From: Eledone cirrhosa
Taxonomy: Eukaryota
Length of the DNA stretch: 64,000 bases
Assembly: GCA_964016885.1 (NCBI GenBank)
Contig: OZ024759.1
Location: 2,294,001 to 2,358,000, forward strand
Direction: 5' to 3'
Shown here: positions 46,501 to 60,500 of the stretch, one piece after another
How positions within the stretch are numbered: position 1 is the stretch's first letter
Layout of the letters: the number at the start of each line of letters is the position of its first letter
The notes under the pieces: model-generated
What the model saw: only the letters and a program-made list of their open reading frames with translations
What the model was told of the DNA's origin: nothing
Databases searched by the model: none
Translations under genes and position numbers: made by a program

Positions 46501-49500
46501 AACATGACACAGTCTATATTAGTAGCATGACAAAGTCTATATTAGTAACATGACTAAGTCTATATTAGTAACATGACACAGTCTATATTAGTAACATGAC
46601 AGTCTATATTAGTAACATGACAGTCTACATTAGTAACATGACACAGTCTATATTAGTAACATGACACAGTCTATATTAGTAGCATGACAAAGTCTATATT
46701 AGTAGCATGACACAGTCTATATTAGTAGCATGACACAGTCTATATTAGTAACATGACAAAGTCTATATTAGTAACATGACAAAGTCTATATTAGTAACAT
46801 GACAAAGTCTATATTAGTAACATGACAAAGTCTATATTAGTAGCATGACAAAGTCTATATTAGTAACATGACAAAGTCTATATTAGTAACATGGCAAAGT
46901 CTATATTAGTAGCATGACATAGTCTATATTAGTAACATGACAAAGTCTATATTAGTAGCATGACACAGTCTATATTAGTAACATGACAAAGTCTATATTA
47001 GTAACATGACAGTCTATATTAGTAACATGACACAGTCTATATTAGTAACATGACACAGTCTATATTAGTAACATGAGACAGTCTATATTAGTAACATGAC
47101 AAAGTCTATATTAGTAACATGACACAGTCTATATTAGTAACATGACACAGTCTATATTAGTAACATGACAAAGTCTATATTAGTAACATGACACAGTCTA
47201 TATTAGTAACATGACACAGTCTATATTAGTAGCATGACAAAGTCTATGTTAGTAACATGACACAGTCTATATTAGTAGCATCACACAGTCTATATTAGTA
47301 ACATGACAAAGTCTATATTAGTAACATGACAAAGTTTATATTAGTAACATGACAAAGTCTATATTAGTAACATGACAAAGTCTATATTAGTAACATGACA
47401 AAGTCTATATTAGTAGCATGACAAAGTCTATATTAGTAACATGACAAAGTCTATATTAGTAACATGACAAAGTCTATATTAGTAACATGACAAAGTCTAT
47501 ATTAGTAACATGACAAAGTCTATATTAGTAACATGACACAGTCTATATTAGTAACATGACAGTCTATATTAGTAACATGACAGTCTACATTAGTAACATG
47601 ACACAGTCTATATTAGTAACATGACACAGTCTATATTAGTAGCATGACAAAGTCTATATTAGTAACATGACACAGTCTATATTAGTAGCATGACACAGTC
47701 TATATTAGTAACATGACAAAGTCTATATTAGTAACATGACAAAGTCTATATTAGTAACATGACAAACTCTATATTAGTAACATGACAAAGTCTATATTAG
47801 TAGCATGACAAAGTCTATATTAGTAACATGACAAAGTCTATATTAGTAACATGGCAAAGTCTATATTAGTAACATGACAAAGTCTATATTAGTAACATGA
47901 CACAGTCTATATTAGTAGCATGACAAAGTCTATATTAGTAACATGACAAAGTCTATATTAGTAGCATGACACAGTCTATATTAGTAACATGACAAAGTCT
48001 ATATTAGTAACATGGCAAAGTCTATATTAGTAACATGACAAAGTCTATATTAGTAACATGACACAGTCTATATTAGTAGCATGACAAAGTCTATATTAGT
48101 AACATGACAAAGTCTATATTAGTAGCATGACACAGTCTATATTAGTAACATGACAAAGTCTATATTAGTAACATGACAGTCTATATTAGTAACATGACAC
48201 AGTCTATATTAGTAACATGACACAGTCTATATTAGTAACATGAGACAGTCTATATTAGTAACATGACAAAGTCTATATTAGTAACATGACACAGTCTATA
48301 TTAGTAACATGACACAGTCTATATTAGTAACATGACAAAGTCTATATTAGTAACATGACACAGTCTATATTAGTAACATGACACAGTCTATATTAGTAGC
48401 ATGACAAAGTCTATGTTAGTAACATGACACAGTCTATATTAGTAGCATCACACAGTCTATATTAGTAACATGACAAAGTCTATATTAGTAACATGACAAA
48501 GTTTATATTAGTAACATGACAAAGTCTATATTAGTAACATGACAAAGTCTATATTAGTAACATGACAGTCTATATTAGTAACATGACACAGTCTATATTA
48601 GTAACATGACAAAGTCTGTATTAGTAACATGACAATGTCTATATTAGTAACATGACACAGTCTATATTAGTAGCATGACAAAGTCTATATTAGTAACATG
48701 ACACAGTCTATATTAGTAGCATGACACAGTCTATATTAGTAACATGACAAAGTCTATATTAGTAGCATGACAAAGTCTGTATTAGTAACATGACAGTCTA
48801 TATTAGTAACATGACAAAGTCTATATTAGTAACATGACAAAGTCTATATTAGTAGCATGACAAAGTCTATATTAGTAACATGACAAAGTCTATATTAGTA
48901 ACATGACAAAGTCTATATTAGTAACATGACACAGTCTATATTAGTAACATGACAAAGTCTATATTAGTAGCATGACAAAGTCTATATTAGTAACATGACA
49001 AAGTCTATATTAGTAACATGACAAAGTCTATATTAGTAACATGACAAAGTCTATATTAGTAACATGACTAAGTCTATATTAGTAACATGACACAGTCTAT
49101 ATTAGTAACATGACAGTCTATATTAGTAACATGACAGTCTACATTAGTAACATGACACAGTCTATATTAGTAACATGACACAGTCTATATTAGTAGCATG
49201 ACAAAGTCTATATTAGTAGCATGACACAGTCTATATTAGTAGCATGACACAGTCTATATTAGTAACATGACAAAGTCTATATTAGTAACATGACAAAGTC
49301 TATATTAGTAACATGACAAAGTCTATATTAGTAACATGACAAAGTCTATATTAGTAGCATGACAAAGTCTATATTAGTAACATGACAAAGTCTATATTAG
49401 TAACATGGCAAAGTCTATATTAGTAAGATGACAAAGTCTATATTAGTAACATGACACAGTCTATATTAGTAGCATGACAAAGTCTATATTAGTAACATGA

Positions 49501-50420
49501 CAAAGTCTATATTAGTAGCATGACACAGTCTATATTAGTAACATGACAAAGTCTATATTAGTAACATGGCAAAGTCTATATTAGTAACATGACAAAGTCT
49601 ATATTAGTAACATGACACAGTCTATATTAGTAGCATGACAAAGTCTATATTAGTAACATGACAAAGTCTATATTAGTAGCATGACACAGTATATATTAGT
49701 AACATGACAAAGTCTATATTAGTAACATGACAGTCTATATTAGTAACATGACACAGTCTATATTAGTAACATGACACAGTCTATATTAGTAACATGAGAC
49801 AGTCTATATTAGTAACATGACAAAGTCTATATTAGTAACATGACACAGTCTATATTAGTAACATGACACAGTCTATATTAGTAACATGACAAAGTCTATA
49901 TTAGTAACATGACACAGTCTATATTAGTAACATGACACAGTCTATATTAGTAGCATGACAAAGTCTATGTTAGTAACATGACACAGTCTATATTAGTAGC
50001 ATCACACAGTCTATATTAGTAACATGACAAAGTCTATATTAGTAACATGACAAAGTTTATATTAGTAACATGACAAAGTCTATATTAGTAACATGACAAA
50101 GTCTATATTAGTAACATGACAGTCTATATTAGTAACATGACACAGTCTATATTAGTAACATGACAAAGTCTGTATTAGTAACATGACAATGTCTATATTA
50201 GTAACATGACACAGTCTATATTAGTAGCATGACAAAGTCTATATTAGTAACATGACACAGTCTATATTAGTAGCATGACACAGTCTATATTAGTAACATG
50301 ACAAAGTCTATATTAGTAACATGACAAAGTCTATATTAGTAGCATGACAAAGAATATATTAGTAACATGACAAAGTCTATATTAGTAGCATGACAAAGTC
50401 TATATTAGTAACATGACAAA
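37600..50420 (+). repeat. Three copies of a block marked by AGTAAGATG followed by GAATAT (offsets 4804 and 6197 bp)
   Basis: AGTAAG lies at 38421, 43225 and 49422, and GAATAT at 39351, 44155 and 50352. Both markers give identical offsets. Confidence 0.85.
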
Positions 50421-51609
50421 GTCTATATTAGTAACATGACAAAGTCTATGTTAGTAACATGACAAAGTCTATATTAGTAACATGACACAGTCTATATTAG
50501 TAACATGACAAAGTCTATATTAGTAACATGACACAGTCTATATTAGTAACATGACAAAGTCTATATTAGTAACATGGCAAAGTCTATATTATAACATGAC
50601 AAAGTCTATATTAGTAACATGACAAAGTCTATATTAGTAACATGACACAGTCTATATTAGTAACATGACAAAGTCTATATTAGTAGCATGACAAAGTCTA
50701 TATTAGTAACATGACAAAGTCTATATTAGTAACATGACAAAGTCTATATTAGTAACATGACAAAGTCTATATTAGTAACATGACAAAGTCTATATTAGTA
50801 ACATGACACAGTCTATATTAGTAACATGACAGTCTATATTAGTAACATGACAGTCTACATTAGTAACATGACACAGTCTATATTAGTAACATGACAAAGT
50901 CGATATTAGTAACATGACAATGTCTATATTAGTAACATGACAAAGTCTATATTAGTAACATGACAAAGTCTATATTAGTAACATCACAAAGTCTATATTA
51001 GTAACATGACACAGTCTATATTAGTAACATGACAAAGTCTATATTAGTAGCATGACAAAGTCTATATTAGTAACATGACAAAGTCTATATTGGTAACATG
51101 ACAAAGTCTATATTAGTAACATGACAAAGTCTATATTAGTAACATGACAAAGTCTATATTAGTAACATGACACAGTCTATATTAGTAACATGACAGTCTA
51201 TATTAGTAACATGACAGTCTACATTAGTAACATGACACAGTCTATATTAGTAACATGACAAAGTCGATATTAGTAACATGACAATGTCTATATTAGTAAC
51301 ATGACAAAGTCTATATTAGTAACATGACAAAGTCTATATTAATAACATGACACAGTCTATATTAGTAACATGACAAAGTCTACATTAGTAGCATGACAAA
51401 GTCTATATTAGTAACATGACAAAGTCTATATTAGTAACATGACAAAGTCTATATTAGTAACATGACAAAGTCTATATTAGTAACATGACAAAGTCTATAT
51501 TAGTAACATGACACAGTCTATATTACTAACATGACAGTCTATATTAGTAACATGACAGTCTACATTAGTAACATGACACAGTCTATATTAGTAACATGAC
51601 AACGTCGAT

Positions 51610-52935
51610 ATTAGTAACATGACAATGTCTATATTAGTAACATGACAAAGTCTATATTAGTGACATGACAATGTCTATATTAGTAACATGACACAGTCTA
51701 TATTAGTAACATGACAAAGTCTATATTAGTAACATGACAAAGTCTATATTAGTAACATGACACAGTCTATATTAGTAGCATGACAAAGTCTATATTAGTA
51801 ACATGACACAGTCTATATTAGTAGCATGACACAGTCTATATTATTAACATGACAAAGTCTATATTAGTACCATGACAGTCTATATTAGTAACATGACACA
51901 GTCTATATTAGTAACATGACACAGTCTATATTAGGAACATGAGACAGTCTATATTAGTAACATGACAAAATCTATATTAGTAACATGACACAGTCTATAT
52001 TAGTAGCATGACACAGTCTATATTAGTAGCATGACACAGTCTATATTAGTAACATGACAAAGTCTATATTAGTACCATGACAGTCTATATTAGTAACATG
52101 ACACAGTCTATATTAGTAACATAACACAGTCTATATTAGGAACATGAGACAGTCTATATTAGTAACATGACACAGTCTATATTAGTAACATGAGACAGTC
52201 TATATTAGTAACATGACAAAGTCTATATAAGTAACATGACACAGTCTATATTAGTAACATGACAAAGTCTATATTAGTAACATGACAATGTCTATATTAG
52301 TAACATGACAAAGTCTATATTAGTGACATGACAATGTCTATATTAGTAACATGACACAGTCTATATTAGTAACATGACAAAGTCTATATTAGTAACATGA
52401 CAAAGTCTATATTAGTAACATGACACAGTCTATATTAGTAGCATGACAAAGTCTATATTAGTAACATGACACAGTCTATATTAGTAGCATGACACAGTCT
52501 ATATTATTAACATGACAAAGTCTATATTAGTACCATGACAGTCTATATTAGTAACATGACACAGTCTATATTAGTAACATGACACAGTCTATATTAGGAA
52601 CATGAGACAGTCTATATTAGTAACATGACAAAATCTATATTAGTAACATGACACAGTCTATATTAGTAGCATGACACAGTCTATATTAGTAGCATGACAC
52701 AGTCTATATTAGTAACATGACAAAGTCTATATTAGTACCATGACAGTCTATATTAGTAACATGACACAGTCTATATTAGTAACATAACACAGTCTATATT
52801 AGGAACATGAGACAGTCTATATTAGTAACATGACACAGTCTATATTAGTAACATGAGACAGTCTATATTAGTAACATGACAAAGTCTATATAAGTAACAT
52901 GACACAGTCTATATTAGTAACATGACAAAGTCTAT
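51610..52935 (+). repeat. Tandem duplication, period 663 bp (29 monomers), each copy containing an older 205-bp (9-monomer) duplication
   Basis: TGACATG 51661/52324, TTATTAA 51841/52504 and TTAGGAAC 51931/52594 are offset by 663. TACC 51868/52073 and TTAGG 51931/52136 are offset by 205. Confidence 0.92.
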
Positions 52936-54574
52936 ATTAGTAACATGACAAAGTCTATATTAGTAACATGACAAAGTCTATATTAGTAACATGACAAAGT
53001 CTATATTAGTAGCATGACAAAGTCTATATTAGTAACATGACAAAGTCTATATTAGTAACATGACAAAGTCTATATTAATAACATGACACAGTCTATATTA
53101 GTAACATGACAAAGTCTACATTAGTAGCATGACAAAGTCTATATTAGTAACATGACAAAGTCTATATTAGTAACATGACAAAGTCTATATTAGTAACATG
53201 ACAAAGTCTATATTAGTAACATGACAAAGTCTATATTAGTAACATGACAAAGTCTATATTAGTAAGATGACACAGTCTATATTAGTAACATGACAGTCTA
53301 TATTAGTAACATGACAGTCTACATTAGTAACATGACACAGTCTATATTAGTAACATGACAAAGTCGATATTAGTAACATGACAATGTCTATATTAGTAAC
53401 ATGACAAAGTCTATATTAGTAACATGACAAAGTCTATATTAGTAACATGACAAAGTCTATATTAGTAACATGACAAAGTCTATATTAGTGACATGACAAA
53501 GTCTATATTAGTAACATGACACAGTCTATATTAGTAACATGACAAAGTCTATATTAGTAGCATGACAAAGTCTGTATTAGTAACATGACAGTCTATATTA
53601 GTAACATGACAAAGTCTATATTAGTAGCATGACACAGTCTATATTAGTAACATGACACAGTCTATATTAGTAACATGACACAGTCTATATTAGTAACATG
53701 ACACAGTCTATATTAGTAACATGACAAAGTCTATATTAGTAACATGACAAAGTCTATATTAGTAACATGACAAAGTCTATATTAGTAACATGACAAAGTC
53801 TATATTAGTAACATGACAAAGTCTATATTAGTAACATGGCAAAGTCTATATTAGTAACATGACAAAGTCTATATTAGTAACATGACACAGTCTATATTAG
53901 TAACATGACAAAGTCTATATTAGTAACATGACAGTCTATATTAGTAACATGACACAGTCTATATTAGTAACATGACACAGTCTATATTAGTAACATGAGA
54001 AAGTCTATATTAGTAACATGACACAGTCTATATTAATAACATGACAAAGTCTATATTAGTAACATGACACAGTCTATATTAGTAACATGAGGCAGTCTAT
54101 ATTAGTAACATGACAAAGTCTATATTAGTAACATGACACAGTCTATATTAGTAACATGACACAGTCTATATTAGTAACATGACAAAGTCTATATTAGTAA
54201 CATGACAAAGTCTATATTAGTAACATGACAAAGTCTATATTAGTAACATGACAAAGTCTATATTAGTAGCATGACAAAGTCTATATTAGTAACATGACAA
54301 AGTCTATATTAGTAACATGACAAAGTCTATATTAATAACATGACACAGTCTATATTAGTAACATGACAAAGTCTACATTAGTAGCATGACAAAGTCTATA
54401 TTAGTAACATGACAAAGTCTATATTAGTAACATGACAAAGTCTATATTAGTAACATGACAAAGTCTATATTAGTAACATGACAAAGTCTATATTAGTAAC
54501 ATGACACAGTCTATATTCGTAACATGACACTCTATATTAGTAACATGACAGTCTACATTAGTAACATGACACAG

Positions 54575-57500
54575 TCTATATTAGTAACATGACAACGTCG
54601 ATATTAGTAACATGACAATGTCTATATTAGTAACATGACAAAGTCTATATTAGTAACATGACAAAGTCTATATTAGTAACATGACAAAGTCTATATTAGT
54701 AACATGACAAAGTCTATATTAGTAACATGACAAAGTCTATATTAGTAACATGACACAGTCTATATTAGTAACATGACAAAGTCTATATTAGTAACATGAC
54801 AAAGTCTATATTAGTAACATGACACAGTCTATATTAGTAACATGACAAAGTCTATATTAGTAGCATGACAAAGTCTGTATTAGTAACATGACAGTCTATA
54901 TTAGTAACATGACAAAGTCTATATTAGTAGCATGACACAGTCTATATTAGTAACATGACACAGTCTATATTAGTAACATGACACAGTCTATATTAGTAAG
55001 ATGACAAAGTCTATATTAGTAACATGACACAGTCTATATAAGTAACATGACAAAGTCTATATTAGTATCATGACACAGTCTATATTAGTAACATGACACA
55101 TTCTATATTAGTAACATGACAAAGTCTATATTAGTAACATGACACAGTCTATATTAGTAACATGACACAGTCTATATTAGTAGCATGACAAAGTCTATGT
55201 TAGTAACATGACAAAGTCTATATTAGTAACATGACAAAGTCTATATTAGTAACATGACAGTCTATATTAGTAACATGACACAGTCTATATTAGTAACATG
55301 ACACAGTCTATATTAGTAACATGACAAAGTCTATATTAGTAACATGACAAAGTCTATATTAGTAACATGACACAGTCTATATTAGTAGCATGACAAAGTC
55401 TATATTAGTAACATGACACAGTCTATATTAGTAGCCTGACACAGTCTATATTAGTAACATGACAAAGTCTATATTAGTAACATGACAAAGTCTATATTAG
55501 TAACATGACAAAGTCTATATTAGTAACATGACAAAGTCTATATTAGTAGCATGACAAAGTCTATATTAGTAACATGACAAAGTCTATATTAGTAACATGG
55601 CAAAGTCTATATTAGTAACATGACAAAGTCTATATTAGTAACATGACACAGTCTATATTAGTAGCATGACAAAGTCTATATTAGTAACATGACAAAGTCT
55701 ATATTAGTAGCATGACACAGTCTATATTAGTAACATGACAAAGTCTATATTAGTAACATGACAGTCTATATTAGTAACATGACACAGTCTATATTAGTAA
55801 CATGACACAGTCTATATTAGTAACATGAGACAGTCTATATTACTAACATGACAAAGTCTATATTAGTAACATGACACAGTCTATATTAGTAACATCACAC
55901 AGTCTATATTAGTAACATGACAAAGTCTATATTAGTAACATGACACAGTCTATATTAGTAACATGACACAGTCTATATTAGTAGCATGACAAAGTCTATG
56001 TTAGTAACATGACACAGTCTATATTAGTAGCATCACACAGTCTATATTAGTAACATGACAAAGTCTATATTAGTAACATGACAACGTCTATATTAGTAAC
56101 ATGACAAAGTCTATATTAGTAACATGACAAAGTCTATATTAGTAACATGACAGTGTATATTAGTAACATGACACAGTCTATATTAGTAACATGACACAGT
56201 CTATATTAGTAACATGACAAAGTCTATATTAGTAACATGACAAAGTCTATATTAGTAACATGACACAGTCTATATTAGTAGCATGACAAAGTCTATATTA
56301 GTAACATGACACAGTCTATATTAGTAGCATGACACAGTCTATATTAGTAACATGACAAAGTCTATATTAGTAACATGACAAAGTCTATATTAGTAACATG
56401 ACAAAGTCTATATTAGTAACATGACAAAGTCTATATTAGTAGTATGACAAAGTCTATATTAGTAACATGACAAAGTCTATATTAGTAACATGGCAAAGTC
56501 TATATTAGTAACATGACAAAGTCTATATTAGTAACATGACAGTCTATATTAGTAACATGACACAGTCTATATTAGTAACATGACAAAGTCTATATTAGTA
56601 ACATGGCAAAGTCTATATTATAACATGACAAAGTCTATATTAGTAACATGACAAAGTCTATATTAGTAACATGACACAGTCTATATTAGTAACATGACAA
56701 AGTCTATATTAGTAACATGACAAAGTCTATATTAGTAACATGACAAAGTCTATATTAGTAACATGACAAAGTCTATATTAGTAGCATGACAAAGTCTATA
56801 TTAGTAACATGACAAAGTCTATATTAGTAACATGACAAAGTCTATATTAGTAACATGACACAGTCTATATTAGTAACATGACAAAGTCTATATTAGTAGC
56901 ATGACAAAGTCTATATTAGTAACATGACAAAGTCTATATTAGTAACATGACAAATTCTATATTAGTAACATGACAAAGTCTATATTAGTAACATGACAAA
57001 GTCTATATTAGTAACATGACACAGTCTATATTAGTAACATGACAGTCTATATCAGTAACATGACAGTCTACATTAGTAACATGACAAAGTCGATATTAGT
57101 AACATGACAATGTCTATATTAGTAACATGACAAAGTCTATATTAGTAACATGACAAAGTCTATATTAGTAACATGACAAAGTCTATATTAGTAACATGAC
57201 ACAGTCTATATTAGTAACATGCCAAAGTCTATATTAGTAGCATGACAAAGTCTATATTAGTAACATGACAAAGTCTATATTAGTAACATGACAAAGTCTA
57301 TATTAGTAACATGACAAAGTCTATATTAGTAACATGACACAGTCTATATTAGTAACATGACAGTCTATATTAGTAACATGACAGTCTACATTAGTAACAT
57401 GACACAGTCTATATTAGTAACATGACAAAGTCGATATTAGTAACATGACAATGTCTATATTAGTAACATGACAAAGTCTATATTAGTAACATGACAAAGT

Positions 57501-60500
57501 CTATATTAGTAACATGACAAAGTCTATATTAGTAACATGACAAAGTATATATTAGTAACATGACAAAGTCTATATTAGTAACATGACACAGTCTATATTA
57601 GTAACATGACAAAGTCTATATTAGTAGCATGACAAAGTCTGTATTAGTAACATGACAGTCTATATTAGTAACATGACAAAGTCTATATTAGTAACATGAC
57701 AAAGTCTATATTAGTAGCATGACAAAGTCTATATTAGTAACATGACAAAGTCTATATTAGTAACATGACAAAGTCTATATTAGTAACATGACAAAGTCTA
57801 TATTAGTAACATGACACAGTCTATATTAGTAACATGACAAAGTCTATATTAGTAGCATGACAAAGTCTATATTAGTAACATGACAAAGTCTATATTAGTA
57901 ACATGACAAAGTCTATATTAGTAACATGACAAAGTCTATATTAGTAACATGACACAGTCTATATTAGTAACATGACAAAGTCTATATTAGTAACATGACA
58001 AAGTCTATATTAGTAACATGACACAGTCTATATTAGTAACATGACAAAGTCTATATTAGTAGCATGACAAAGTCTGTATTAGTAACATGACAGTCTATAT
58101 TAGTAACATGACAAAGTCTATATTAGTAGCATGACACAGTCTATATTAGTAACATGACACAGTCTATATTAGTAACATGACACAGTCTATATTAGTAACA
58201 TGACACAGTCTATATTAGTAACATGACAAAGTCTATATTAGTAGCATGACAAAGTCTGTATTAGTAACATGACAGTCTATATTAGTAACATGACAAAGTC
58301 TATATTAGTAACATGACAAAGTCTATATTAGTAACATGACAAAGTCTATATTAGTAACATGACAAAGTCTATATTAGTAGCATGACAAAGTCTATATTAG
58401 TAACATGACAAAGTCTATATTAGTAACATGACAAAGTCTATATTAGTAACATGACACAGTCTATATTAGTAACATGACAAAGTCTATATTAGTAGCATGA
58501 CAAAGTCTATATTAGTAACATGACAAAGTCTATATTAGTAACATGACAAAGTCTATATTAGTAACATGACAAAGTCTATATTAGTAACATGACAAAGTCT
58601 ATATTAGTAACATGACACAGTCTATATTAGTAACATGACAGTCTATATCAGTAACATGACAGTCTACATTAGTAACATGACAAAGTCGATATTAGTAACA
58701 TGACAATGTCTATATTAGTAACATGACAAAGTCTATATTAGTAACATGACAAAGTCTATATTAGTAACATGACAAAGTCTATATTAGTAACATGACACAG
58801 TCTATATTAGTAACATGCCAAAGTCTATATTAGTAGCATGACAAAGTCTATATTAGTAACATGACAAAGTCTATATTAGTAACATGACAAAGTCTATATT
58901 AGTAACATGACAAAGTCTATATTAGTAACATGACACAGTCTATATTAGTAACATGACAGTCTATATTAGTAACATGACAGTCTACATTAGTAACATGACA
59001 CAGTCTATATTAGTAACATGACAAAGTCGATATTAGTAACATGACAATGTCTATATTAGTAACATGACAAAGTCTATATTAGTAACATGACAAAGTCTAT
59101 ATTAGTAACATGACAAAGTCTATATTAGTAACATGACAAAGTATATATTAGTAACATGACAAAGTCTATATTAGTAACATGACACAGTCTATATTAGTAA
59201 CATGACAAAGTCTATATTAGTAGCATGACAAAGTCTGTATTAGTAACATGACAGTCTATATTAGTAACATGACAAAGTCTATATTAGTAACATGACAAAG
59301 TCTATATTAGTAGCATGACAAAGTCTATATTAGTAACATGACAAAGTCTATATTAGTAACATGACAAAGTCTATATTAGTAACATGACACAGTCTATATT
59401 AGTAACATGACAAAGTCTATATTAGTAGCATGACAAAGTCTATATTAGTAACATGACAAAGTCTATATTAGTAACATGACAAAGTCTATATTAGTAACAT
59501 GACAAAGTCTATATTAGTAACATGACACAGTCTATATTAGTAACATGACAAAGTCTATATTAGTAACATGACAAAGTCTATATTAGTAACATGACACAGT
59601 CTATATTAGTAACATGACAAAGTCTATATTAGTAGCATGACAAAGTCTGTATTAGTAACATGACAGTCTATATTAGTAACATGACAAAGTCTATATTAGT
59701 AGCATGACACAGTCTATATTAGTAACATGACACAGTCTATATTAGTAACATGACACAGTCTATATTAGTAACATGACACAGTCTATATTAGTAACATGAC
59801 AAAGTCTATATTAGTAGCATGACAAAGTCTGTATTAGTAACATGACAGTCTATATTAGTAACATGACAAAGTCTATATTAGTAGCATGACACAGTCTATA
59901 TTAGTAACATGACACAGTCTATATTAGTAGCATGACAAAGTCTATATTAGTAACATGACACAGTCTATATTAGTAGCATGACACAGTCTATATTAGTAAC
60001 ATGACAAAGTCTATATTAGTAACATGACAAAGTCTATATTAGTAACATGACAAAGTCTATATTAGTAACATGACAAAGTCTATATTAGTAGCATGACAAA
60101 GTCTATATTAGTAACATGACAAAGTCTATATTAGTAACATGGCAAAGTCTATATTAGTAACATGACAAAGTCTATATTAGTAACATGACAGTCTATATTA
60201 GTAACATGACACAGTCTATATTAGTAACATGACAAAGTCTATATTAGTAACATGACAAAGTCTATATTAGTAACATGACAAAGTCTATATTAGTAACATG
60301 ACAAAGTCTATATTAGTAGCATGACAAAGTCTATATTAGTAACATGACAAAGTCTATATTAGTAACATGACAAAGTCTATATTAGTAACATGACACAGTC
60401 TATATTAGTAACATGACAAAGTCTATATTAGTAGCATGACAAAGTCTATATTAGTAACATGACAAAGTCTATATTAGTAACATGACAAAGTCTATGTTAG

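Noticed and set aside
16983-49800. A fundamental 17-monomer period (51 = 3 x 17, 68 = 4 x 17)
   Set aside because: Other blocks measure 9, 10, 23, 28, 29, 52 and 55 monomers, and no 17-monomer internal repetition is evident, so this is probably coincidence.
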